A stretch of 64,000 nucleotides of DNA, taken from positions 37,764,437 to 37,828,436 of the forward strand of contig NC_092672.1 in assembly GCF_964355755.1 (NCBI RefSeq). The letters are read 5' to 3'. The notes under the pieces were generated by a model. The model was not told the origin of the DNA. It saw only the letters and a list, made by a program, of their open reading frames with translations, and did no database searches. Positions within the stretch are counted from its first letter, which is position 1, and each line of letters starts with the position of its first letter. Both the position numbers and the translations under genes were made by a program. Positions 26,405-40,000 of the stretch are shown one piece after another. This stretch comes from Antedon mediterranea (lineage: Eukaryota > Animalia > Echinodermata).

Positions 26405-28921
26405 AAATAGAGGAGTATGGAGTAAGAAGACTGTCATGGACCTGCCAAATAGAGGAGTATGGAGTAAGAAGACTGTCATAGACCTACCAAATAGAGAGGA
26501 GTATGGAGTAAGAAGACTGTCATGGACCTGCCAATAGAGAGTATGGAGTAAGAAGACTGCCATGGACCTACCAAATAGAGGAGTATGGAGTAAGAAGACT
26601 GTCATGGACCTGCCAAATAGAGGAGTATGGAGTAAGAAGACTGTCATGGACCTGCTAAATAGAGGAGTATGGAGTAAGAAGACTGTCATGGACCTGCCAA
26701 TAGAGGAGTATGGAGTAAGAAGACTGTCATGGACCTACCAAATAGAGGAGTATGGAGAGTAAGAAGACTGTCATGGACCTGCCAATAGAGAGTATGGAGT
26801 AAGAAGACTGTCATGGACCTACCAAATAGAGAAGTATGGAGTAAGAAGACTGTCATGGACCTACCAAATAGAGGAGTATGGAGTAAGAAGACTGTCATGG
26901 ACCTGCCAATAGAGAGTATGGAGTAAGAAGACTGTCATGGACCTACCAAATAGAGGAGTATGGAGTAAGAAGACTGTAATGGACCTGCCAATAGAGAAGT
27001 ATGGAGTAAGAAGACTGTCATGGACCTACCAAATAGAGGAGTATGGAGTAAGAAGACTGTCATGGACCTACCAAATAGAGGAGTATGGAGTAAGAAGACT
27101 GTCATGGACCTGCCAAATAGAGAAGTATGGAGTAAGAAGACTGTCATGGACGTGCCAAATAGAGGAGTATGGAGTAAGAAGACTGTCATGGACCTGCCAA
27201 ATAGAGGAGTATGGAGTAAGAAGACTGTCATGGACCTACCAAATAGAGGAGTATGGAGTAAGAAGACTGTCATAGACCTGCCAAATAGAAGAGTATGGAG
27301 TAAGAAGACTGTCATGGACCTACCAAATAGAGGAGTATGGAGTAAGAAGACTGTCATGGACCTACCAAATAGAGGAGTATGGAGTAAGAAGACTGTCATG
27401 GACCTACCAAATAGAGGAGTATGGAGTAAGAAGACTGTCATGGACCTGCCAAATGGAGGAGTATGGAGTAAGAAGACTGTCATGGACCTGCCAAATAGAG
27501 AAGTATGGAGTAAGAAGACTGTCATGGACCTGCCAAATAGAGGAGTATGGAGTAAGAAGACTGTCATGGACCTACCAAATAGAGGAGTATGGAGTAAGAA
27601 GACTGTCATGGACCCCCGCATGGACCTGCCAAATAGAGGAGTATGGAGTAAGAAGACTGTCATGGACCTGCCAATAGAGGAGTATGGAGTAAGAAGACTG
27701 TCATGGACCTACCAAATAGAGGAGTATGGAGTAAGAAGACTGTCATGGACCTACCAAATAGAGAAGTATGGAGTAAGAAGACTGTCATGGACCCCCGCAT
27801 GGACCTGCCAAATAGAGGAGTATGGAGTAAGAAGACTGTCATAGACCTACCAAATAGAGGAGTATGGAGTAAGAAGACTGTCATGGACCTACCAAATAGA
27901 GGAGTATGGAGTAAGAAGACTGTCATAGACCTACCAAATAGAGGAGTATGGAGTAAGAAGACTGTCATAGACCTACCAAATAGAGGAGTATGGAGTAAGA
28001 AGACTACTGTCATGGACCTACCAAATAGAAGAGTATGGAGTAAGAAGACTGTCATAGACCTACCAAATAGAGAAGTATGGAGTAAGAAGACTGTCATAGA
28101 CCTACCAAATAGAGGAGTATGGAGTAAGAAGACTACTGTCATGGACCTACCAAATAGAAGAGTATGGAGTAAGAAGACTGTCATAGACCTACCAAATAGA
28201 GAAGTATGGAGTAAGAAGACTGTCATGGACCTACCAAATAGAGGAGTATGGAGTAAGAAGACTGTCATGGACCTACCAAATAGAGAAGTATGGAGTAAGA
28301 AGACTGTCATGGACCCCCGCATGGACCTGCCAAATAGAGGAGTATGGAGTAAGAAGACTGTCATAGACCTACCAAATAGAGGAGTATGGAGTAAGAAGAC
28401 TGTCATGGACCTACCAAATAGAGGAGTATGGAGTAAGAAGACTGTCATAGACCTACCAAATAGAGGAGTATGGAGTAAGAAGACTGTCATGGACCTGCCA
28501 ATAGAGGAGTATGGAGTAAGAAGATTGTCATGGACCTGCCAATAGAGGAGTATGGAGTAAGAAGACTGTCATGGACCTGCCAATAGAGGAGTATGGAGTA
28601 AGAAGACTGTCATGGACCTACCAAATAGAGGAGTATGGAGTAAGAAGACTGTCATGGACCTACCAAATAGAGGAGTATGGAGAAAGAAGACTGTCATGGA
28701 CCTGCCAAATAGAGGAGTATGGAGTAAGAAGACTGTCATGGACCTACCAAATAGAGGAGTATGGAGTAAGAAGACTGTCATAGACCTACCAAATAGAGGA
28801 GTATGGAGTAAGAAGACTGTCATGGACCTACCAAATAGAGGAGTATGGAGTAAGAAGACTGTCATGGACCTGCCAAATGGAGGAGTATGGAGTAAGAAGA
28901 CTGTCATGGACCTGCCAAATG
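26405..28921. repeat. 42-bp minisatellite, ~60 copies, with variant units
   Basis: Unit AATAGAGGAGTATGGAGTAAGAAGACTGTCATGGACCTACCA; the source of the repetitive ORFs in the track. Confidence 0.97.
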
Positions 28922-29086
28922 GCAGATGAAAAGGTACCATTTTGTATTATATATTTCACTTGTTCTGTACTGTGTTTTTAGTAGTGTTTGTCAAACAATA
29001 ACAGTTTTTTAATTTTTAGTTTAAATTGAATTTGAATACGTTTCAGCAACAAGAAAACATCGACATAAGATCAACATTACAGATAC

Positions 29087-29330
29087 ACGTACTGTACAAT
29101 TTAATAACCATCTCTACACTGTAATCATCAGTATACGTACTGTACAATTTAATAACCATCTCTACACTGTAATCATCAGTATACGTACTGTACAATTTAA
29201 TAACCATCTCTACACTGTAATCATCAGTATACGTACTGTACAATTTAATAACCATCTCTACACTGCAATCATCACAGTATACGTACTGTACAATTTAATA
29301 ACCATCTCTACACTGTAATCATCACAGTAT
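29087..29330. repeat. 48-bp tandem repeat, 5 copies
   Basis: GTACTGTACAATTTAATAACCATCTCTACACTGTAATCATCAGTATAC. Confidence 0.95.
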
Positions 29331-30033
29331 TGTTTTAATACAGTGCCTCTATTCAATACCCATAATTACAATAAAATATTATATTAATAGTAACATATAT
29401 GTTTGTACACATCCCATTCTTGCCAATCATCACAGATTCATAAATACAAAATACTTTTTACTGTATTTGTTTATTCATATAAACATATTCATTATATTCT
29501 TTCATTCTAGGCAAACCTTTGTGTTTTTAAACAATAGTGTTTTGCTTCTTCTTATAAAAACCCAACCTTTATTCTATTCACATTGTATTGTTTTGTATAC
29601 CACCACCTTTATCTTGATTTAACTCGATTTTTTTTAAACCAGTAACGGTTTGAGACCTTCCTTGTAAAATCATACAAATTTACTATAATATTATCAGGGG
29701 CGGATGCAGGATTTCTTACTGCATACATGACCATCGCTAGATGAGAAGCAAAGTTGGATTCTACACCGATAATTGTACCAACTTCATTTGTTTAAACATA
29801 TTACATATACACATACATTCTATTAATACCAAGTCTAGTAATTTAAAAAATATTTCCGAATTCATCATTCCTTATACAGTAGTTACATGAGGACATCCTA
29901 AATTAAACTTCTCTTGTTGTTAAGATGCATAAGTTACCTAACACCCTTGCTTAGCCTAATATGTCTGGTTTTCCATAAATGCTGGTATTCCAAATGTATT
30001 TTAAGTTCTGTTCAGGGCTTTTGATTTCTATAG

Positions 30034-33000
30034 TTATGCTATAAACAACCAGATCATAAATATAAAAGCAACCCACAGGAACACTTTACTAAGAAACTGC
30101 TCTTCTGGATTCTGTGCCTGCACCCCCTGACCTGCAGATAAAAACAAATAAAAACACTGTTTACTTAAATAATAATAATATCCTGGATTTATATAGTGCC
30201 TAATGTTGTGAAACCTCTAAGCGCTGAACATTAATACCCCAGTCATTTTTTAGATCAAACAACTATGGAAACATACTCCAATAATGCAGCTATTATTCAG
30301 CGCAAAGCTGTGTCTTGATCTAACCAGGTTCTCATTTATACACCTGGGTTGAGAGAGGCAAACGTAAGTAAAGTATCTTGCCTAAGGATACAAGCAATGC
30401 GGCGAGAGTTGGATTCGAACCATGATCTCACGATCAGTAGTCGAACGTCCAACACACTGCCCCACACTCCCTTACCTTGATCACTAGATTATCAGTGAAT
30501 CAAATAATAAATGTGAACTGGTGTCTTCACCATGCTCAAGATAAGATAAGATTAAGACTTTATTCGTCCACAATTGGACATTATGATGCTTAAGTAATAA
30601 TCCAGTTTAAAAAAAATTTAACAAAAAATGACAGCATACTGTACTTCTTGCATTAACTGGTGTTTTACTTATTTACTGAACATGCCACATTATTTACTGA
30701 ACATGTCACATTATTTACTGAACATGCCACATTATTTACTGAACATGCCACATTATTTACTGAACATGCCACATTATTTACTGAACATGCCACATTATTT
30801 ACTGAACATGCCACATTATTTACTGAACATGCCACATTATTTACTGAACATGTCACATTATTTACTGAACATGCCACATTATTTACTGAACATGCCACAT
30901 TATTTACTGAACATGTCACATTATTTACTGAACATGTCACATTATTTACTGAACATGTCACATTATTTACTGAACATGCCACATTATTTACTGAACATGT
31001 CACATTATTTACTGAACATGTCACATTATTTACTGAACATGTCACATTATTTACTGAACATGCCACATTATTTACTGAACATGTCACATTATTTACTGAA
31101 CATGCCACATTATTTACTGAACATGTCACATTATTTACTGAACATGTCACATTATTTACTGAACATGCCACATTATTTACTGAACATGCCACATTATTTA
31201 CTGAACATGCCACATTATTTACTGAACATGCCACATTATTTACTGAACATGCCACATTATTTACTGAACATGCCACATTATATATTCTGTATACTTCACA
31301 GTGTTTATTATTGAATACCATTCATTCTATAGTACTTTTAAGGATTGTATTTTAATACTGTATGTATACAGTATAGGCCTATCAAGAATGTATTACTGTA
31401 TAAAAGTGTGACTTACCAGGCCTTCCTGCAAATCTACCATCACCAAAGTTAAGAGCTGTTGCAAATAAACCAAATGGAAAAGCACCTATACCAAAAGACA
31501 TCTGAAAATTCCCATCTCCAAAACCAAATCCATTAAATGGCTGTAAAATTTAAAACACATTACAAAATGATTATTAAAATTACAACCATTAATAAATTAG
31601 CATCAAATATTATTTATAGTTTGATTGAATCAGAAAAGTTTCAATCTATCTAACCCAACAAACTCCATTAAATGGCTGTAAACAGATGATAAAATGATTA
31701 TCAAAATTACAACTTTAAATAAATTATCATCAAATAATATTATGAGGTTGAGTGATGTGATGTGCCCATATATAGACATGATGATGTCATATCACTACCA
31801 TATTTGAGCATATCACTACCATATTTGGGCACACACTTTTTTTGTCAAAATAGTTTGATGTGTAGACAGAGATTAAGCTAATCTAATAAGTATGTCTTGC
31901 TACAGATTATTTTTTAAATTGTTTTTAAAGCATAAACCACATCTTAATTAGGTTTATTTGAACCATACTAAACCATTAAGATGGCCTTTATTATATTTCC
32001 TGTTATTGAATTAAATTTTCATAGAATTTAAATTTCAAAGAATTCATTAATTTAACCAAATTTGTCCCTTATTTGCCGAATTATACTTATAATCCTGCCA
32101 TGTTTTAAGTTACCTTTCTAACGCCAGACACAACAAATTTGTGTGTATGTGGGTGGGATTGTTTTTAGTCATAAAGTTTATTATTAAACAATATTGTGAT
32201 AAATAAATTAGATTTTGACTACCCGTACAGTAGCACCTGAAATATGTCAATATTGTCATACTGTAGGTTCTTGTAATCTGTTTGTTGATTCCAGAACAAA
32301 TGAAATAGTAAGAAATAAAGTTCACTCACCCCCTGTGTTTCTGGTTCTGGTCTTTGTCCTGCCGGTCTTGGTGGAAGTTTTTCTCTGAAAGAAATTTTAT
32401 TTTTAATGAAAACATAATATAATTGAAATAGGTCAGAACTTAAAAATAAAACATGAAAATAACATGATTAAATTGTAATGTTTTGTCCGAAAATTAGGTG
32501 GGCACCCTTGAACCTTTCTATGCTAATGAAGAGTCATAAGTCATAATATGTTTAGTTGAAACAATGTCCACACAAAAATAATATAATCGAAAATAGTAAA
32601 AAAAAAAGATAAAATAACATACCTAGGATCTTGTTTACCAGTGTTTCCTCTGCCATATATGGGTATAACTTTATCTTTACTAATTCCTGCCTTACATACT
32701 GGGCAGACTTGTCTTGTTGGTCTAGTCTCTAGCCATTGATGCAAACAAGGCCAGCTGTAATAGATTTTATTAATGGTTTATAAAAATGCATAGAAATATC
32801 GCTGTACAGTCTAGATACTGACTTCACCCAAAAACAAACTCACAAAGGGACATTTATGGCTTATTAATTAATAAACATTGTTATATTAAATAAATATTGA
32901 ATAAGAATATTTTATAACATGTAATAACATACAATGCCTAGACCCATCCATAATAATAATAATAATATTTATTCGGCAAAAGTTCATAAAGTACATTTTA

Positions 33001-33715
33001 CAATTCATCTTGCCAGGAGCAAGTAATAGGCATGAGCCCAAACAGAAAACTGCTCGAGTCTTACTCCATCATTACTTATAAAATACAAAAAAAAAACAAA
33101 ACTAAGTAGCACAAATTAAGTCAAAATAAAACAAAACAAAACAAAGTTATAATGAGATACACCAAAAAAAAAATACACTTTTTATTTAAAATGAATAACA
33201 TATTAATAATACTGATAGTGATACTGTACTGTGTAGACAGCAGTCAGGAAGCTGTTAATCATTAATTTATTTGTCTGTAAATATTATTATTTATTTGATT
33301 CTTAACGTTATTTATTTATTTATTAATGCCTGTTTGGTTTAGTTAGCTGTACGGCAATCCAGCTGTACTACTACTAGGCCTAGAGGCCTACGTACTATTT
33401 TATTTTATAGGCCTAGGCCCTAGGCCTAAACTAAACTAAAACATGTTATTTCTTACTTTAAAATAGTGGTGAAACACTGGTTATTTACCAGAAAAGATGG
33501 CCACATAGACTAACTACAGCATCCTTTGCTGTATCAAGGCATATATTGCACTCATAAGCACCATCTTCTGGTGGTATCGATCCGCTAGGCCCACCAGCGT
33601 TTGTAGATGTAGAGGGAGTGGTTCCTTCTGCTGCCGAACCAGAAGCACTGCCTCCGGCAGCCTCAGTTGTATCAGACGCACTCCTCCTTGGTTCAGGGCC
33701 TGACGGTTCACTCAT
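30034..33715 (-). CDS. RNF185: RNF185/RNF5-family membrane-anchored RING E3 ligase (ERAD), 5 coding exons
   Basis: Exons 33715-33489, 32754-32623, 32384-32330, 31540-31417, 30131-30034. They translate to the [63 protein letters not shown], then [32 protein letters not shown] and the TM tail [23 protein letters not shown]. Probably a co-orthologue of RNF5 and RNF185. Confidence 0.92.
30166..30471 (-). mobile_element. tRNA-derived SINE with LINE-like 3' tail in RNF185 last intron
   Basis: Minus strand: B box GGTTCGAATCC, TCCTTAGGCAAGATACTT, CTCTCAACCCAGGTGTATAAATG, and tail GCGCTTAGAG...GCACTATATAAAT plus (TTA)n. A partial relative lies at ~36800-36910. Confidence 0.72.
30668..31281. repeat. 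21-bp minisatellite, ~29 copies, in RNF185 intron
   Basis: TTATTTACTGAACATG(C/T)CACA. Confidence 0.97.
31754..31873 (+). mobile_element. MITE family A copy (5' truncated) in RNF185 intron
   Basis: Internal motif plus right TIR. Confidence 0.75.
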
Positions 33716-35400
33716 TATTACTCTCTATTTGAGACCGATAAGTCGTAAAAAATAACTCAATCCGTAATAATTGTTTTCGTGCTGGTAAGTATTACTTCGT
33801 CATCCTTTCTTGGAACGATCCTGACTACCTGTATCTTATTATAAAAAGGTAATTAAATCCGACGTACGTACTATGAATTTACACAACATCGAAATGATTT
33901 TTCCGAGTTTGTCATTGTCTTCGCGTAAATAGGGGGCGCTATTAAAAATTCAATAATGATGATGTGTGAATTTTAGAGAGACGGAGATTGAGGGCTCTAA
34001 ATTTCTACATTAATTTTTGTTTTGGAATTTATAGTACTGAATATTTATAAAATGTGTATGAGAAAGAAAATTAAACATTACCTTACAATAACATAATACA
34101 CAAATCCGATATTTCAATCTTTTTATACAATTTATCAACGGGTACTCGAATATACGATATTATAGGGAGTATACACAACAGGTGGCCAAATTATGCAAAT
34201 GATAACATTCCGAACTACACGTTCAAGTTGACTTGATATTCATTCGTCGTCGTCTTCACACTACAAGCACATGAGTATTCGAAAAACACACCAAATATAA
34301 AACATGGGACAAGGTGGTAGGCCTATAGCAGAAATTAAACAAAAGAAAGGTAAAAATGATATGGACTTTTGTTTTTATCATATGTAATCAAACAATACCA
34401 AAAAGCATTTATCTATATGCTTCTGTTTAGTTGCGAAAATTAAAATGCATAGTCTTGCACCCGCCTGCGCTAGAACTGTAAATACCACTACCACCACCAG
34501 GTCAATTATAGTAATTTAAATGTGCTGTTTGCATTTTGTTGTTGTTTACACAATCTTTAGCTTAATCACACATTCATTAGCACGAGGATGAATTTTAAAG
34601 CTTTTTTTTTTGTAAAATTAAACGAATTGTAATCATTAATATAATACTATAATATTAAATAGAGTTAGGGCCTATATTAGCACCTGTATAATATACGGAC
34701 ATGTCACATTTTTCAAAACTGTATTACTATTTATAATAGTACTGTAGTAGGCCTACTCGACCTAGGCCTAAGTAAGTATTATACAAAAAAAGCCAACTCA
34801 TGATACCGAGACGACCAACTTAATAAATCTTTAAATCCCTCAATATTAATATTTTGTAAAAAGGTATGTTTTGGCAAAACTAGAATTAAACGAGCGGCGC
34901 GCGGGAAAAATGACAATAATTTGAAAGAAGTTTTTTTTTTCGTATAAAATCAAATTGTTTCACAGAGCCATTTTCATTGAAAATAATGTTGTCATCCGGG
35001 TTTTAATTTACGTTTTTTGTGTCGCTAAAAATTTCATCGCGATGTTTATTGTATCACGCGTCATATTTGTGAGTTGTTGTTCTACTATTGCTATTGTTCT
35101 CTTCAAATAACGTTTAACATTACTCAACAAAATTTAAAAATGACTTTAATCTAAGCCTTAACTTCTTTTTAAATCTGTGTGTTAATTCTACGTTGTTGAC
35201 ATATTTTGAAAGTAAATTTCCAAGAGTATCTACGGTTGTGTTTCGAGTGAGAGTTTGTTTTGGTGAGCAGGGTCAGCCAGAGCATTGTGCTCTAACGATT
35301 TGACGCCTGCCTCGAGGTTGATGTAGCTAGGTTAGCTTCAAAGAAGCCGTGGGAGGCTAGCCTAGCTAACCAGTCGACTTTCTCGAACGGCAAGTACAAA
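33716..35400. promoter_or_regulatory. Divergent (head-to-head) promoter region of RNF185 and EIF4ENIF1
   Basis: The two genes are oppositely oriented, and the interval is locally CpG-enriched. A probable non-coding EIF4ENIF1 first exon lies near 35200-35390; its boundaries are uncertain. Confidence 0.55.
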
Positions 35401-35536
35401 GTAAACGGTACGAATACAATTGTAAATATTTACACCTAAGCCTAGTATTACAATATATCCAAATATGATAATTTAATTTTTAATTATTATTATTTCTTTG
35501 TATGTGAATCATGTTTGTTATAAAAAAAGGCAAATT

Positions 35537-35845
35537 GAGTGAGTGGCCGATTGGTTAAGACAGTGGAACCGTAATTACGTAGCCATAACATCGGCAGGGG
35601 TTCGAGGCTCACTCACTCCATGGTTCTGGTGGTAGAACGAGTCTTCTCGGATAAGGACTATAAACCGTAGGTCCAGTGTACACATCTAACTCGTGTGCAC
35701 TTTAAAGAACCTAGTTAGTAGTACATCTTTCGAGACGAGTAGGGGGTTACCCCGGTGTATTAGTACATCACAGCCACTGATCCCCAACTGGGCCCCCTGG
35801 GAGACCAGTCTTTGACTGAAGAGGTTACCCAGTATATAAATATAA
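35537..35845 (+). mobile_element. tRNA-derived SINE with Deu/Nin-like central domain
   Basis: tRNA-like head (GTGGCCGATTGGTTAAG...GGTTCGAGGCTC), then TCGGATAAGGACTATAAACCGTAGGTCC...TTAAAGAACC...TTCGAGACGAGTAGGGGGTTACCCCGGTG, which resembles the remembered DeuSINE core; A/T-rich tail. Confidence 0.72.
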
Positions 35846-37078
35846 ATTTCAATTCAATTCAAAGTGCGTGTACTGTGTGTGGGCAAGAAGAAGAACCGGC
35901 AAGAACTGACATGCCTTTTATTGTAAATAAACGGTTAAATCCCCCTTTCTTTTGTTGGACTATAGGTGTCGAAAGAAAGAGGATTGGTTTAATTAAAATC
36001 ATGCAGTTTTAACATTTATTATTGAATTAGGCGGCCTAATAGTATTAATACTTTTATTGTGTACTACTACAGCAAAATGACCAGACAGGATCAGACAGCA
36101 GGTGAACCAAAAAATAAACAAACAACATTAATTGATTAAAATTCAAGAAGTTCATGCTGATAAATATTTTATAATATTTTTACAATGTATTATATTTGTA
36201 TGTGCTTCCCTGATTGATGTTTTTTTATGCTAAAATCTAGACCACCTCGTCTATTCTTTAAAACTATTTTTTACAAAAATAGAAAATAAGTTCTACTTAA
36301 TTCTCAACATTGGATTATTAACTAAAGATTGATTTATATTAGCCTCGCAAGTTCCACTTTGTTGTCTATTCTATATGTTTTTTTTTTCATTTACGTATCG
36401 TGGAATCTATTCTGAAATAAAGTTAAGTTAATCGATCAATAACACACTGTAGATCTAGACAACTCTATGGTTTTATTACAAGTAGAGATCGGCAAATAAT
36501 CTCTTAACCAACAATTTTCCAACAAGTGAGGACTGGATAGCTACTGTACAACAGAATTTCCTCAGTTTCCAGTTAAGCATAAGGACGATATGAATACACC
36601 TTATAATACAGTATTCTGAATTAAGGTTAAACTGATCAATACACACTGTCTGTAGATCAAAACAACTCTACAGTTTTACAAGAAGAGATCAGCAAGTATT
36701 TTGTATTTTTGTATATTAATATTTTGTCCTCAGTGAGGAAATTCGGATTAGGCCCTCCACGGACCCACGGCAGCCAGCAGTGCAGCGCCTACCAGATTAG
36801 GCGATGAGAGTAAAGTATCTTGCCTAAGGATGCAATTAGTATGGTACAGATAACCTCGAACCCATGCCTATCACATGCTAGTCCGATATTACCATTACAC
36901 CATCACTCTCCAGTATATACAGCACCCGCCACAATTTCTAGACGGTCTCTCATCTCATAAAGCAACAATTGTCAAAATGAGGATAGCTCAGAAGAAATTT
37001 ATAATCAGAATTTTCTCAGTTTCCAGTTTTATATGAATACATGTTTTTACCTTTCTGGTTAATTTTTTATTTATAGTG

Positions 37079-40000
37079 ATGAGTGAAAAGTCCAAGGAAA
37101 ATGGCGGTGGACTGGAAAAAGAGATTACTAAGGATGACAAACCTAACGTCATCAAGAAAGCGGATAAAAAGACGATTGGCATTTACACAAAGGTACTATA
37201 CATTAGAATCACATTTCTGTTTTTTAAATGGACAATAAAGTATATATGACTATGACTATGACTATGAATAGAAGCCAGTGTATAATGTTGTTTTAATTAT
37301 CAAGCATTTCAATCTATTACAAGCAACACATTCAAATAACGTACAGTAGATAAAGGATCTTTGACCAAATTGTTTCAGGTTATTGAGAGCATTTAAAATG
37401 AGTTGCAAAGGAATAAAATGATAAAGTAAAAACAATTTAAGAATTTTTAATCTATTTTGGAGTGCATTTCTATTTAGCACTAACTCGGAACTTTGTCCTA
37501 TATCCTCCTAAACTGAATGACTGTTAATGCCTTTCAAGCTTATGCACCTTTTAGGAACTCTTTGGCTGTGGTTTTTAGCCTTTGATAAAGCTTTTATCGA
37601 TTTAATTTTGTTTGCATTATTTTATAACAATAGTTTCTAAATAATTTCTTAAAAATTTAATATTTTGCATTGAAACATTTATTTACTTTCAATGACAGTA
37701 ACAAAATAAAAGGAGATACAAAATATGACAAAGTAACATTGAAAGAAGGCTTGATCTTGATTTTATTTTTAGGCTGAGTTAATGAACCTGTCAGAGAGCC
37801 CAGCATCTAGGAAGAAACATGCTTGTTTAGCTGATGAATTTTGCGAGTGAGTACAGTACTTTTTTTAATTGGATAATTGGAATGATATACAATAAGCCCA
37901 CTCCATCCACCACATATGTACCTCTATGTCATAATGGATGAGATTGATATAATAAGCCCACTCCATCCACCACATATGTACCTCTGTCATAATGGATGAG
38001 ATTGGGATATAAAATCTAGAGATTGGAATGATATACAATAAGCCCACTCCATCCACCACATATGTACCTCTATGTCATAATGGATGAGATTGGGATATCA
38101 AATCTAGAGATTGGAATGATATACAATAAGCCCACTCCATCCACCACATATGTACCTCTATGTCATAATGGATGAGATTGGGATATCAAATCTAGAGATT
38201 GGAATGATATACAATAAGCCCACTCCATCCACCACATATGTACCTCTATGTCATAATGGATGAGATTGGGATATCAAATCTAGAGATTGGAATGATATAC
38301 AATAAGCCCACTCCATCCACCACATATGTACCTCTATGTCATAATGGATGAGATTGGGATATCAAATCTAGAGATTGGAATGCTAATACATTATTATTAC
38401 TATAATTGGTTGGTTTGTGCAGCCTTGCATATCGATACATTACATTGTCATATTTTTTCTTAAACACCTCAATTTCATTCATTCTATTCATAATGCATAT
38501 TCCTACAGATGAATTGACCATATTTTTACTTGCATAATTCAGTAAAGGGTTTTCAGCCAGATTTATAATTAATGTACTTTAAATAATGCTGACGTCATCA
38601 TTATCTTTTAGTATGGTATTTGTTAAAAATTCTGTTTTAATAGATAATATTCAAATTATTAAAATTATTATTTGTGTTTATTTTAGTGAAAATGGTGTTT
38701 GGGATCCTGAAAAATGGCACGCATCTTTCAGTACAAAGTCATCTAGAGGAAACTCGCCAGTTGGATTTGACTCCAAAGAAGCCAAGAAGAAAACACTAGG
38801 TATTCTTAAGTCTATTCTGTGTATTATCTGTGAGGTCTTTGCTGTATATATCATAAAACAGATAATTACAAATTAATATATTAATGATTTTGAAAGTATA
38901 GAAAATCCTCTGTAAACAAAATTACAAAATATTAATACTGTACTCTGTATGACCAAGTGTAATCCCATGCTTGAGTATAACCTCAAAAATAATTGTGGAG
39001 GTTCAGACTTAAAGCCATTTTAGGGCTTATTGTAAACTCCACACAAATGTTTTATTATTATTAAGTATAGTGTGATATGTTGTGTGAAATAAAACTAAAA
39101 CTGATCCCTAAATTTAGACCCAGGCTAACTGTAACCATACTAAATACAATGTTGCTTGTGATTCTAACACTGATTATTACTTTAGACCCCAAGGAAAGGC
39201 TTAAGGAGGAGCATCGTGATGGTATTGTACTGAGCCCCCAACGGCGAAGCTTTATCCATGGTTGTCAAGTCAACACACCAAGTCCTGACAATGGATCGAA
39301 CCAAACGCCTAACAACTATGATAACCGTGACGGTCATGATCGACCACATGTGAGACGAATTGGTAGCGGAAGGATCATCCCGAACCGTCCTCATAATGCC
39401 ACAGACTATCAAGATAAGGGACGGGGCAGGGATAGTAGAGATTATCGATACGACTCGCGCAACAATCGTTATGATCGCAAATACAAAAATCGTAAGAATA
39501 TTAGTTTGTTTTTATATAAAATTTCTTGAATCACTAACAATAACTTAACCATTTCTGTCCGATGGCTGACTAAAACTGGGTTTATTGTGGGTGAACTAGA
39601 AGTCCTTTTTCTGGAAGTCAATTTTAAATTTAGCATTTTTATATGAGAAATCAATATTTATATTAAATTGTTTTAGGCAAAATTGTATTTAAAAAATGGA
39701 CTACAAAAATTTGGATTTCACTTGTGCATTATCGTTATCTTCAAAAGAAGGCAAGATAAGAAATGAAATTCACTTTACTCTCAGATCGTGATGATGAGGA
39801 TCCTGAATGGTTTACTGGCGGTCCTACATCACAGAATGACACTATTGAACTGCGTGGGTTCCAAGACAACTCCAGCAGCAATGTGGAGGAAAAAAGGAAA
39901 AAACATGACAAGGAGAAAGTGGAAAAGGAAAGAGCAAAGAAGGTAGACCAAAATGGAATGGACAAAGTGAGGGTTAGAAAGTCTCCCAGTCCAGTGGTAG

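Noticed and set aside
26312-28940. Long repetitive ORFs (MDLPNRGVWSKKTV / MTVFLLHTPLFGRS) as protein-coding genes
   Set aside because: Products of a 42-bp unit that is a multiple of 3; open on both strands and broken by frequent 1-bp indels.
30628-31355. Three overlapping ~220-aa heptad-repeat ORFs
   Set aside because: 21-bp minisatellite inside an RNF185 intron; open in several frames only because the unit lacks stops.
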